NCBI GenBank assembly: GCA_913055635.1
Contig: CAJXLK010000005.1
Location: 68,728 to 132,727, forward strand
DNA from: an uncultured Bacteroidota bacterium
GTDB taxonomy: Bacteria; Bacteroidota; Bacteroidia; Bacteroidales; UBA12077
Reading direction: 5' to 3'
Length of the DNA stretch: 64,000 nt
Below, one piece after another: positions 57,001 to 64,000 of the stretch. Every line of letters starts with the position of its first letter. Position 1 is the first letter of the stretch. Both the position numbers and the translations under genes were made by a program. The notes under the pieces were generated by a model, which had not been told where the DNA came from, searched no databases, and worked only from the letters and a program-made list of their open reading frames with translations.

Positions 57001-57437
57001 ATCAGGGGTGTTTGGTTTTGCCGGATGGCGTTTAGTACTTCGGTGCGTAGGATAACATTGGTGGGATCTTCCTGGCCGATGTGTATGGAACGTTTATAGG
57101 TTGAGGAGAAGAAATGCACCCGTTCGGTGCCCACAAGGTTTTGCAGGTCATTGTAAAAAAAGGCGGCTTCTTCCTTGTCCTTCATGATGAAAACCATGGG
57201 AGCTGAAAGATCCCGGGCCAGTGCAGATGCAAAGGCACTTTTCAGGGATCCCAGCAATCCCCGCACATGGACATTCTTTTTCCCGTTTACGGCTTCCCTG
57301 AGCGCACCAACCTGGGGATGATCCTTGTATTTGACGGATAATTCCTGTATTTGCAATTTTCCGGATTTTGGAGACAAAAATAAATAAGGCCGGCCAATTA
57401 ATAACCAACTCGCCCCATAAAATATTATGGTCCCCAT
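54027..57437 (-). CDS. mfd: Transcription-repair coupling factor
   Basis: 1136 aa. CarD-like region (GDFVVHVDHGIGKF), helicase motif I GDVGFGKTEVA, DEEQKFGV, and a TRCF C-terminal domain. The exact start is uncertain because the N-terminal 25 aa look atypical. Confidence 0.92.
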   Translation of the reverse strand: MGTIIFYGASWLLIGRPYLFLSPKSGKLQIQELSVKYKDHPQVGALREAVNGKKNVHVRGLLGSLKSAFASALARDLSAPMVFIMKDKEEAAFFYNDLQNLVGTERVHFFSSTYKRSIHIGQEDPTNVILRTEVLNAIRQNQTPLIVSYPEGVIEKVAARRQMEQNTLEIHQGEKISTDFLNDMLFEYDFEQVDFVYQPGQFSVRGSIVDIFSFSDDHPYRIDFFGEEVESIRTFDVDNQLSIEKLERATIQPKLNNEQAGEHQWQSFFNFLDPQTLLWFNEYQYIAERIGELFNKTLENNPEQNIESYVISPGQFEQGVGPFTKIESGHRNLFEEAGKMEVNASPPPAFNKNFELLTNNLQENQQQGYTNYILSDNEKQIERLQAIFADINPQVQFTPVMPTLHEGFIDHHAKICCYTDHQIFGRYHKFRIKSGFSRKESLNIEELNNLHPGDFVVHVDHGIGKFGGLEKIEVNGKRQEAVRLIYKDNDILYVNIHSLHKISKYKSKDLSPPKIYKLGSAAWKNLKNKTKKKVKDIAKELIQLYARRMEKKGFPFSTDTYLQQELESSFIYEDTRDQLAATQAVKQDMEAETPMDRLVCGDVGFGKTEVAIRAAFKAVADSKQVAVLVPTTILALQHYQTFAERLSEFPANVEHISRLRSHKKQREVKDQLKNGQIDIVIGTHRLIGKDMNFKDLGLLIVDEEQKFGVSVKEKLKNIKLNVDTLTLTATPIPRTLQFSLMGARDLSIIHTPPPNRYPIVTEVHPFNEEIIHEAIAYEVERGGQVFFINNRIQNIHEVENLVNRMMPKVRTVVAHGQMEGARLEKIMMDFIHQQYDVLIATTIIESGLDIPNANTMIINEAQNFGLSDLHQLRGRVGRSNKKAFCYLLAPPMTAVTQEARRRLQAIEEFSELGSGFNIAMQDLDIRGAGNLLGKEQSGFIADIGFETYQRILREALQELKENEFSNLYQEEKKQTIEKQKQEQQFLYDCQIETDLQILFPDDYIPNVSERINQYRELDNIEHEEQLREFEEKLRDRFGPLPEPTCELLNVVRLRWHAIALGFEKIMIKNNTMVVHFISNQESPYYQSETFSRVLGYIQKHQKHFQLKEGKKLTMTIGQVDNINKALELLKNMHENL

Positions 57438-57447
57438 CCGCTTTAAA

Positions 57448-57560
57448 GGACCCCGCTTAGCGGGGTCCTAACGCGGGGGTATCCTGACCACCCCGCTAAG
57501 CGGGGGTATTTTTCACCCCGCTTAGCGGGGGTTAGCGGGGGTATTTTAAAGCGGGGGCGT
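57448..57560. repeat. Cluster of the CCCCGCTTAGCGGGG palindrome (3 full copies) plus GCGGGGG(T) half-sites
   Basis: Full copies at 57451-57465 (extended palindrome GGACCCCGCTTAGCGGGGTCC, 57448-57468), 57491-57505 (TAA loop) and 57516-57530. GCGGGGG half-sites at 57473, 57500, 57525, 57535 and 57551. Confidence 0.9.
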
Positions 57561-57561
57561 C

Positions 57562-58575
57562 TTAGGAATGGTCCTTCATGAATTGTTCGGCCCGCTCTAC
57601 CATGATGCGGGAACCGGTAAAGAAAGGTACCCTTTGATGCAGGTTTTGGGGCACAATGTCCAGGATCCTGTTTTTACCGTCTGATGCCTTGCCATTGGCT
57701 TGCTCGGCCAGAAAAGCAATGGGGTTGCATTCATAAAGCAGGCGCAACTTGCCATTAGGTGAGTTGGCCGTAGGAGGGTAAATAAAAATTCCCCCCTTTA
57801 ACAGGTTCCGGTGAAAATCAGCCACCAGCGAGCCAATGTACCGGGCTTTTTTGGGGCGGTGGGTGGCTTCATCCTTTTCCTGGCAGTATTTGATGTATTG
57901 CTTGAGCCCCTCGGGGAAATTGGTGTAGTTGCCTTCATTGAGCGAATAAATTCTCCCCTGTTCCGGGGTGATGATGTCGGGATGAGACAGGCAGAATTCA
58001 CCAATGGCAGGATCCAGGGTGAAACCATTGACCCCCCGGCCGGTGGTGTAAACCAACATGGTGGAAGAACCGTAAATGACATATCCGGCTGCAATCTGAC
58101 GGTTACCGCTCTGCAGAAAATCCCTTAACTCGGCTTTATGACCCCGCGGAGAAATCCTTTTATATATTGAAAAAATGGTGCCGATCGAGACATTCACATC
58201 AATGTTGGTCGATCCGTCCAGGGGATCCATCGTGACAATGTATTTGCCGTCGTTGGCCAGCTCGTCATCAAAGGTGATGATCTCCTGATTTTCTTCGGAG
58301 GCTATGCCACAGCACTCCCCACTGTCTTTTAAAGCCGTGGTGAACTGCATGTCAGCAAAAACATCCAGCTTTTGCTGGATTTCTCCCTGAACATTTTCCT
58401 TCCCTGCTGTTCCCAAGACATCCACTAGCCCGGCTTTATTGACTTTCTTATTTACGACCTTGGCTGCGATGCCTATATGATGAAGCAATCGCGACAATTC
58501 CCCTTTGGCATAGGGGATGTTTGCCTGCCTGCGTATGATGAACTCATTAAGGGTCGTAATCCGGTATTGTTTCAT
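57562..58575 (-). CDS. fbp: Class 1 fructose-1,6-bisphosphatase
   Basis: 337 aa. [34 protein letters not shown] and YECNPIAFL. Confidence 0.93.
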   Translation of the reverse strand: MKQYRITTLNEFIIRRQANIPYAKGELSRLLHHIGIAAKVVNKKVNKAGLVDVLGTAGKENVQGEIQQKLDVFADMQFTTALKDSGECCGIASEENQEIITFDDELANDGKYIVTMDPLDGSTNIDVNVSIGTIFSIYKRISPRGHKAELRDFLQSGNRQIAAGYVIYGSSTMLVYTTGRGVNGFTLDPAIGEFCLSHPDIITPEQGRIYSLNEGNYTNFPEGLKQYIKYCQEKDEATHRPKKARYIGSLVADFHRNLLKGGIFIYPPTANSPNGKLRLLYECNPIAFLAEQANGKASDGKNRILDIVPQNLHQRVPFFTGSRIMVERAEQFMKDHS

Positions 58576-58717
58576 GTCTTTAGAATTTAGTACAGTTTAA
58601 AATTAAGATTGGTATTGGGCTTGGGGTGATTAAATTATGAAAAAAAGACCAAATTACCATGTTTGTTCGAAGATAATCAAGAAATTTGTGCAGGTGAACC
58701 AGAGAAAATATGTATTA

Positions 58718-60013
58718 ATGGTTATTTATAAGTTTGGTGGGGCTTCGGTGAAGAATGCTGAAGGGGTGGTCAACCTGACAAATATTGTTTACACCCGTCA
58801 GCAAGCCAGGGTGGTGGTATTGTCGGCCTTTGGCAAAACCACCAACCAATTGGAAAAACTGGCTGGCTTTATTTATCATAAGGACCGCTCAGGCTTTAGG
58901 CAACAGCTCAGGTTGCTGCGGGATTATCATTATCAGATCATGCAGGAACTCTTTGCCAGTGATGATTTGGTGTATGAAGGGGTGCAATCCTCCTTTAACT
59001 GGCTGCAGGAGGCTTTTGACAGGGAATGGCATAGCTATGATTACCTGTATGATCAGGTGGTAAGCATCGGAGAGTTGCTTTCTACCTATGTGGTGGCGCA
59101 CTATTTGGAAAGAACAGGCCTTACGTGCCGGCTGGTTGATATGCGCGAGCACCTGATCACCGATGATACCTACCGCGAGGCACAGGTAAACTGGGAAGCC
59201 TCTTCAAGGAGGATTATCCGGAATTTTCAACCCCGGGACAACGAACTGATCTTGACCCAGGGGTTTATTGGCGGGAGCATGAAGGGGGCCTCCACCACCC
59301 TTGGGCGGGAAGGCTCCGATTATTCAGCCGCCATTCTGGCCCATATCCTTGATGCGGGTTCCCTGGTCATATGGAAGGATGTCCCGGGGGTATTAAATGC
59401 TGACCCCCGGTTCTTTTCCGGCACCCAGAAGCTCGGGCGCATCTCCTACCAGGAGGCCATTGAACTGGCCTACTACGGGGCCAAAATCATCCACCCCAAA
59501 ACCATCAAACCCTTGCAAAACAAGGGCATTCCCTTGAATGTACGCTCTTTTATTGAACCCGACCAACCTGGAACATGGATCGGCGATTATCCGGATTATG
59601 ACGGGGCTGTACCCATCTTTATCATCAAAAACCAACAGGTGCTGATCTCGGTTTTACCCAAAGATTATTCGCTGGTAGTGGAGGAACAATTGAGCAAAAT
59701 ATACGGCCTCTTTGCCAAAAACCGAGTGAAGGTCAATATGATGCAGCACTCTGCCCTAAACTTTTCTGTATGTATGGATGATACCGCGGGGGTTTCCAGT
59801 TTAATGAGCGATCTTCGCGAGGATTACCGGGTGCTTTATAATAAGGGACTCCAGTTGATGACCGTGCGCCATTATACCGAGCAAATCGTGCGGGATGTTC
59901 AGAAATACCGCCGGATCCTGGTTGAACAAAGGAGCCGCCATACCGCCCAATTTCTCATGGAGACCACTTCATCCCCAATGCCGGATAATCTTATTGGCTA
60001 TAATGGCCGATAA
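58718..60013 (+). CDS. lysC: Aspartate kinase
   Basis: The ATG at 58718 gives MVIYKFGGASVKNAEGV. TLGREGSDYSAA, VWKDVPGVLNADPR, and C-terminal ACT-like repeats. The track ORF starts at 58637. Confidence 0.88.
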   Translation: MVIYKFGGASVKNAEGVVNLTNIVYTRQQARVVVLSAFGKTTNQLEKLAGFIYHKDRSGFRQQLRLLRDYHYQIMQELFASDDLVYEGVQSSFNWLQEAFDREWHSYDYLYDQVVSIGELLSTYVVAHYLERTGLTCRLVDMREHLITDDTYREAQVNWEASSRRIIRNFQPRDNELILTQGFIGGSMKGASTTLGREGSDYSAAILAHILDAGSLVIWKDVPGVLNADPRFFSGTQKLGRISYQEAIELAYYGAKIIHPKTIKPLQNKGIPLNVRSFIEPDQPGTWIGDYPDYDGAVPIFIIKNQQVLISVLPKDYSLVVEEQLSKIYGLFAKNRVKVNMMQHSALNFSVCMDDTAGVSSLMSDLREDYRVLYNKGLQLMTVRHYTEQIVRDVQKYRRILVEQRSRHTAQFLMETTSSPMPDNLIGYNGR

Positions 60014-60913
60014 TTTGTAGTAAGACTCGTGGGTCCAGCCAGCAACATGGGGGGTGAGGATCACCTGGGGCATTTCACTCAGTTCCCGGAAATGTTGAGG
60101 CAGCTTGCCGCTTTGATGAAGCCCTTCAAAATCGCTGCTTTCGTATTCAAGCACGTCGAGGGCCGCCGCTTTGACCTGCCCGCTTTTGAGGTTTTTTACC
60201 AGATCAGCTGTATTAACCACCGCCCCCCGGGAGGTGTTGATCAGGATCAGGGGTTTGCGGAATTGCCGGAGGAATGCATCGTTGACCATATAATGGGTCT
60301 CGGTGGTCAGGGGAACATGCAGACTCAGCACATCCGCTTCATCAAAAAGCCCGCTGAGCGCCTTTTCTTTAACCACTTGGCTGCTATAATCAAATTTGTA
60401 CTTGTCCCAGGCGATGGTATTGACGCCCAACCCGGCCAGCTTCCCGGCAAAGGCACTGCCGGTATGGCCGTATCCGATCAGCCCGAGCGTCCTGCCCTTG
60501 ATCTCCATCCCCCGGTGGGCCTCACGGTCCCATTGCCCCCCTTTTACATGCCCATTGGCCCGCGGGATCTGATTGATCAGGCTTAAAAGTAACCCCAGGG
60601 CATGCTCCCCAACGGCATCGCGGTTGCCCTCGGGCGAGTTCAAACATACAATGCCCTTTGATTCCGCATAACGCCGGTCAATGTTTTCCATGCCCGATCC
60701 AACACGGGCAATGAACTTCAGATGTCCCCCCCGGTCTATTAACCCATGATCCACCTTCACCTTGCTCCTGACGACAATGCCCTGATAATGGGGGATTTTT
60801 TTGCCAATTTCACCGGCTTCAATCCTGGGCTGATAGTCCGGTGCAAAACCCGCTTGTTCTAACTTTTCCATAAGTACCGGATGAACCGGATCAACAATGA
60901 AGACCTTCATCAA
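59969..60913 (-). CDS. D-isomer-specific 2-hydroxyacid dehydrogenase (phosphoglycerate dehydrogenase-like)
   Basis: 314 aa. NAD motif GLIGYGHTGSAFA, INTSRGAVV, and catalytic His in LTPHVAGWT. Confidence 0.85.
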   Translation of the reverse strand: MMKVFIVDPVHPVLMEKLEQAGFAPDYQPRIEAGEIGKKIPHYQGIVVRSKVKVDHGLIDRGGHLKFIARVGSGMENIDRRYAESKGIVCLNSPEGNRDAVGEHALGLLLSLINQIPRANGHVKGGQWDREAHRGMEIKGRTLGLIGYGHTGSAFAGKLAGLGVNTIAWDKYKFDYSSQVVKEKALSGLFDEADVLSLHVPLTTETHYMVNDAFLRQFRKPLILINTSRGAVVNTADLVKNLKSGQVKAAALDVLEYESSDFEGLHQSGKLPQHFRELSEMPQVILTPHVAGWTHESYYKLSAIIANKIIRHWG

Positions 60914-61476
60914 TGGTTTGCTTTTTTTAGATTGGGATTTAACCGGACCATAAAAGCAGGCTTATAGCCTCTGAAACTTCCGTCATCCCGGTATACTTCA
61001 TAAGCCAGCATGATCTGATGGACTTCTTTGACCATGCTTAGCTGTTGGGGATCAAAGTACCATCTTTCTTTAAACTGGATTTTGCCTACACGTTCACGGG
61101 AAAAGGATGCTTTGGCTTCGAGCTTTTCAACCTGCTCGATGGTCATGGGCTCGTGGGTGAAATAATCGTAGGGTTGGAGTTTCCCCTGGTAGACTGCCTC
61201 AAAGATGTGGTCGACGAAAGCCTTGCGCTCAAAGCTGCTGAGCCATTTTTCTTGCCATTGATCGGATTCTTTTCGGTTTTTGACCACAACCCCATAGTTG
61301 ATGCTGTCAGCAACACCAATATACTGATTTTGAATGGAGTCGGTTTTCAGGGTGTGGGTTTCTTTATCTTCCCACCGGCGCTGGCAGCTGAAAGCCAGGA
61401 CCAGGAGTGCCAGGAAGGCGGTTCCGGCAACCGCAACGTGGGCTATGTCACCGGTTGAAAACCAACCTTTTTGCAT
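60910..61476 (-). CDS. Hypothetical membrane-anchored or lipoprotein
   Basis: The ATG at 61476 gives MQKGWFSTGDIAHVAVAGTAFLALLVLAFSC. An alternative ATG lies at 61500. There is an ATGA overlap with the downstream dehydrogenase gene. No known motif. Confidence 0.55.
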   Translation of the reverse strand: MQKGWFSTGDIAHVAVAGTAFLALLVLAFSCQRRWEDKETHTLKTDSIQNQYIGVADSINYGVVVKNRKESDQWQEKWLSSFERKAFVDHIFEAVYQGKLQPYDYFTHEPMTIEQVEKLEAKASFSRERVGKIQFKERWYFDPQQLSMVKEVHQIMLAYEVYRDDGSFRGYKPAFMVRLNPNLKKANH

Positions 61477-62800
61477 TTTTTTGCCCGGTAAATGCGCCAT
61501 TTTTGTACACAATTTGTCCGTTAACCAATGTATGGGTGATCGAGTGATGGAAGGTTTGTCCTTCCAACGGCGACCAGCCACATTTGTAATACAGGCTTTC
61601 AGGGGTTACCTGCCAGGATTGGCGGGGATCGACCAATACCAGATCAGCCCAGTAACCGGGCCGTATATATCCCCGCTTGCTGACCTGAAAAAGGTCGGCA
61701 GGGGTGTGGCACATCTTTTCAACGATGGTGGGCAGCGAAAGCACCTCTTGGTGATGCAGCTCCAGCATGGCCGAAAGGGCATGCTGAACCATAGGCCCCC
61801 CGGAAGGCGCCTTCATATATGGCTGATCTTTTTCCCCGGCAAGATGTGGGGCATGATCCGTAGCCACCGTATCGATCCGGTGGTTTTGAAGCCCTTGCCT
61901 TAATGCTTCCCTGTCACTGGCCTTTTTGATGGCCGGATTCCACTTGATGCGCGTGCCCAGGCGGGCATAATCGCCCTGTTCAAACCATAAATGGTGGATG
62001 CAGGCTTCTGCCGTGATCTTTTTGTCTGGTTGATAAGGCCGGGCCTCAAACAGGTCAAGCTCCCGGGCTGTGCTTAAATGGAGGATGTGGAGCCGGCTCT
62101 TGTGCTTCCGGGCCAGTTTTACCGCCCGGGAAGAAGACCGGTAACAGGCCTCTTCACTGCGGATCAACGGATGATGGGCAACCGGGACGTTTTCTCCGTA
62201 CTGCTTTTGATAATGCCTGGTATTGGCCCGCAGAATGTCCTCATCTTCACAGTGAGCAGCAATTAATACCGGCGATTGGGCAAAGATCTGCTCCAGGGCC
62301 CTTGTCTCATCTACCAGCATGTTGCCCGTGGAAGCGCCCATGAATACTTTTACTCCACATACCCGGGCCGGATCAAGCCGGCGAATCTCTTCCAGGTTGT
62401 CGTTGGTGGCCCCCAGATAAAAAGAATAGTTGGCGAAAGCATGCTTTTCGGCCAGTGAAAATTTGGTTTCCAGTTCCCTGAGGCTTATAGCCGGTGGCTT
62501 GGTATTGGGCATTTCCATAAACGAGGTGATCCCTCCGGCTATGGCTGCCCTTGACTCGGATTCGATGTCCGCTTTGTGGCTCAGCCCTGGTTCCCTGAAA
62601 TGGACATGCTCATCAATAACCCCCGGTATTAGATACTGGCCTGTGGCGTTGAGCACTTCACTCTCCTGCCTGGCTTCAGCGGGGATGACCTCCCCCTTCT
62701 CATAGATCCCGGCCACCTTTCCTGCCCGGATCCATACCGAACCCTCCACAATGCGGCCTTCATTAACAATATGGGCATGCTCAATCAGAAGGGGTCTCAT
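61448..62800 (-). CDS. pyrC: Dihydroorotase (amidohydrolase superfamily)
   Basis: 450 aa. VIDEHVHFREPGL, VATDHAPH, and a C-terminal composite domain. Confidence 0.85.
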   Translation of the reverse strand: MRPLLIEHAHIVNEGRIVEGSVWIRAGKVAGIYEKGEVIPAEARQESEVLNATGQYLIPGVIDEHVHFREPGLSHKADIESESRAAIAGGITSFMEMPNTKPPAISLRELETKFSLAEKHAFANYSFYLGATNDNLEEIRRLDPARVCGVKVFMGASTGNMLVDETRALEQIFAQSPVLIAAHCEDEDILRANTRHYQKQYGENVPVAHHPLIRSEEACYRSSSRAVKLARKHKSRLHILHLSTARELDLFEARPYQPDKKITAEACIHHLWFEQGDYARLGTRIKWNPAIKKASDREALRQGLQNHRIDTVATDHAPHLAGEKDQPYMKAPSGGPMVQHALSAMLELHHQEVLSLPTIVEKMCHTPADLFQVSKRGYIRPGYWADLVLVDPRQSWQVTPESLYYKCGWSPLEGQTFHHSITHTLVNGQIVYKNGAFTGQKNAKRLVFNR

Positions 62801-63530
62801 ACTTTTTGTATTTTTTGAAAATGCTCCTTACTTTCATGCTCATAACTCCCCATAAGGCTTCATTGAAGATGCCTCCGCTCATCTTGGAGGTGCCCACTGC
62901 CCGGTTGGTGAAAATGATCGGAATTTCAACAATTTTAAAACCGAATTTCCACGCTGCAAATTTCATCTCGATCTGAAAAGCATAACCCACCAAACGTATT
63001 TTATCCAAATTGATTGTTTCCAGTACTTTACGCCGGTAGCATTTGAAGCCTGCCGTGGCATCAGTGATGTTCATCCCTGTAATGAAACTGACGTACCGTG
63101 AAGCAAAATATGAAATTAAGATGCGCCCGATGGGCCAGTTAACAACATTGGCCCCGTTCTTGTACCGCGAACCAATCGCCAGATCCGCCCCGTCGTAGGC
63201 ACAGGCATCATAAAGCCGGGGCAGGTCGTCGGGGTTGTGGGAGAAATCGGCGTCCATCTCGAAAATGTAGTCGTACCGATGTTCGATGGCCCATTTGAAG
63301 CCTGTAATATAAGCCGTGCCCAATCCCAGCTTGCCTTCCCGCTCTAATAGAAACAGCCGCTCGGGAAATTCCTCTTGCAGATCCTTCACCTCCCGGGCTG
63401 TCCCATCCGGTGAGTTGTCGTCGATGATCAGCATGTGAAAGGGCACCTGAAGTGAAAAGATCTTTCGGATTATTCGGTCAATATTGCCTTTTTCATTATA
63501 GGTAGGGATGATCACCAGATTTTTATCCAT
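62781..63530 (-). CDS. Family 2 glycosyltransferase, polyprenol-phosphate mannose synthase-like
   Basis: The ATG at 63530 gives MDKNLVIIPTYNEKGNI. IIDDNSPDGT and FEMDADFSHNP. The track ORF extends to 63677. Confidence 0.85.
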   Translation of the reverse strand: MDKNLVIIPTYNEKGNIDRIIRKIFSLQVPFHMLIIDDNSPDGTAREVKDLQEEFPERLFLLEREGKLGLGTAYITGFKWAIEHRYDYIFEMDADFSHNPDDLPRLYDACAYDGADLAIGSRYKNGANVVNWPIGRILISYFASRYVSFITGMNITDATAGFKCYRRKVLETINLDKIRLVGYAFQIEMKFAAWKFGFKIVEIPIIFTNRAVGTSKMSGGIFNEALWGVMSMKVRSIFKKYKKYETPSD

Positions 63531-63833
63531 AGAACCGGCTGCTTTTATTTGTTTTTGTGCTAATTTAAGATAATTATTTAAGAATTGACTGCTGAAACGG
63601 CGACATTCTCTTTTATTAGTAATACAAAAATCTGGTTGGTAGCCGGATATGTTTTTTTTGAAAAAAAACCGGCCCAAGTGTTTGTCAATTCAATTTGTGC
63701 ACTATATTTGCACCTCGCATTCGCGTTCTTTAAGTGAAAGTTAACGGCAGAGATATTCGACAGGCCCGAAGTAATTGAGGTTAAGGCATTAAGAAGGGAG
63801 GGCAAAAAAGTTTAAAAAAACTTTAAAAAATAT

Positions 63834-63864
63834 TTTGTGATCAACTCAAGACGAATTATCTTTG
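63834..63864 (+). promoter_or_regulatory. Candidate Bacteroidota-type promoter (-33 TTTG / -7 TAnnTTTG) facing the window end
   Basis: TTTG at 63834-63837 and TATCTTTG at 63857-63864, with a 19-nt spacer. An A/T-rich tract containing the inverted repeat AAAGTTT...AAACTTT lies upstream. No ORF follows within the window. Confidence 0.35.
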
Positions 63865-64000
63865 CAATCCCTTTTAACGAAACAAAGGGGAAACGATCTT
63901 AAAAATGATTCAAGTGATCATACAGGTTCTTTGAAATGTTGAGATAGAGAATTGAAAAGCAGCATCATCTTGTCAGATAATCGAGCACAGGAACTAATCA

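Noticed and set aside
18375-57560. Possibility that the CCCCGCTTAGCGGGG clusters are small CRISPR arrays.
   Set aside because: The repeat is only 15 nt. Spacings are 11-28 nt and are partly identical to each other. Copies occur in both loop orientations, and no cas genes are present. The pattern fits REP/MITE-like elements rather than CRISPR.

Overview
This window reads as a chromosomal segment of a Bacteroidota genome. Supporting signs are a carboxypeptidase-regulatory-domain TonB-dependent receptor, a DUF4834-type small protein, Reg_prop/Y_Y_Y sensor repeats and TAnnTTTG-type -7 promoter motifs. I can support about 57 protein-coding genes, of which one is cut by the window start and is missing from the ORF track, plus one tRNA-Val(GAC).

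Most genes are housekeeping:
- Translation and tRNA modification: aspS, trpS, miaB.
- Nucleotide, amino-acid and cofactor metabolism: purE, hpt, pyrC, lysC, coaX, lplA, fbp.
- Core cell functions: obg, mfd.
- Envelope and LPS: waaA, lptC, ppiD, MlaEF-like ABC transporter, PAP2 phosphatase.
- Several secreted peptidases of families M14, M28 and M48.

I found no transposase, integrase, CRISPR array or recognisable defence module.

Features not explained by routine annotation:
1. A 15-nt palindrome, CCCCGCTTAGCGGGG (the TTA loop reads TAA on the other strand), sits in multi-copy clusters in four intergenic regions (about 18.4, 21.4, 42.1 and 57.5 kb). One copy supplies the stop codon of yebC.
2. 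A minus-strand operon encodes an SQR-like flavoprotein, DUF1641, a single-Cys TusE/DsrC and a DsrE-like protein. It is divergent from a Crp/Fnr regulator.
3. A 1155-aa Reg_prop/Y_Y_Y periplasmic sensor has a cytoplasmic part of only GAF and PAS, with no transmitter. Its 5' end is broken by a frameshift in a C7 homopolymer.
4. A 560-bp repeat-rich intergenic region holds two mini-ORFs whose single-base differences fall only on third codon positions, followed by a degenerate 22-27-bp repeat array.
5. A 10-unit 16-17-bp tandem repeat carries BamHI and HindIII sites.

Everything is based on reading the sequence and the ORF translations. No database search was run, so all family assignments rest on motif recognition.
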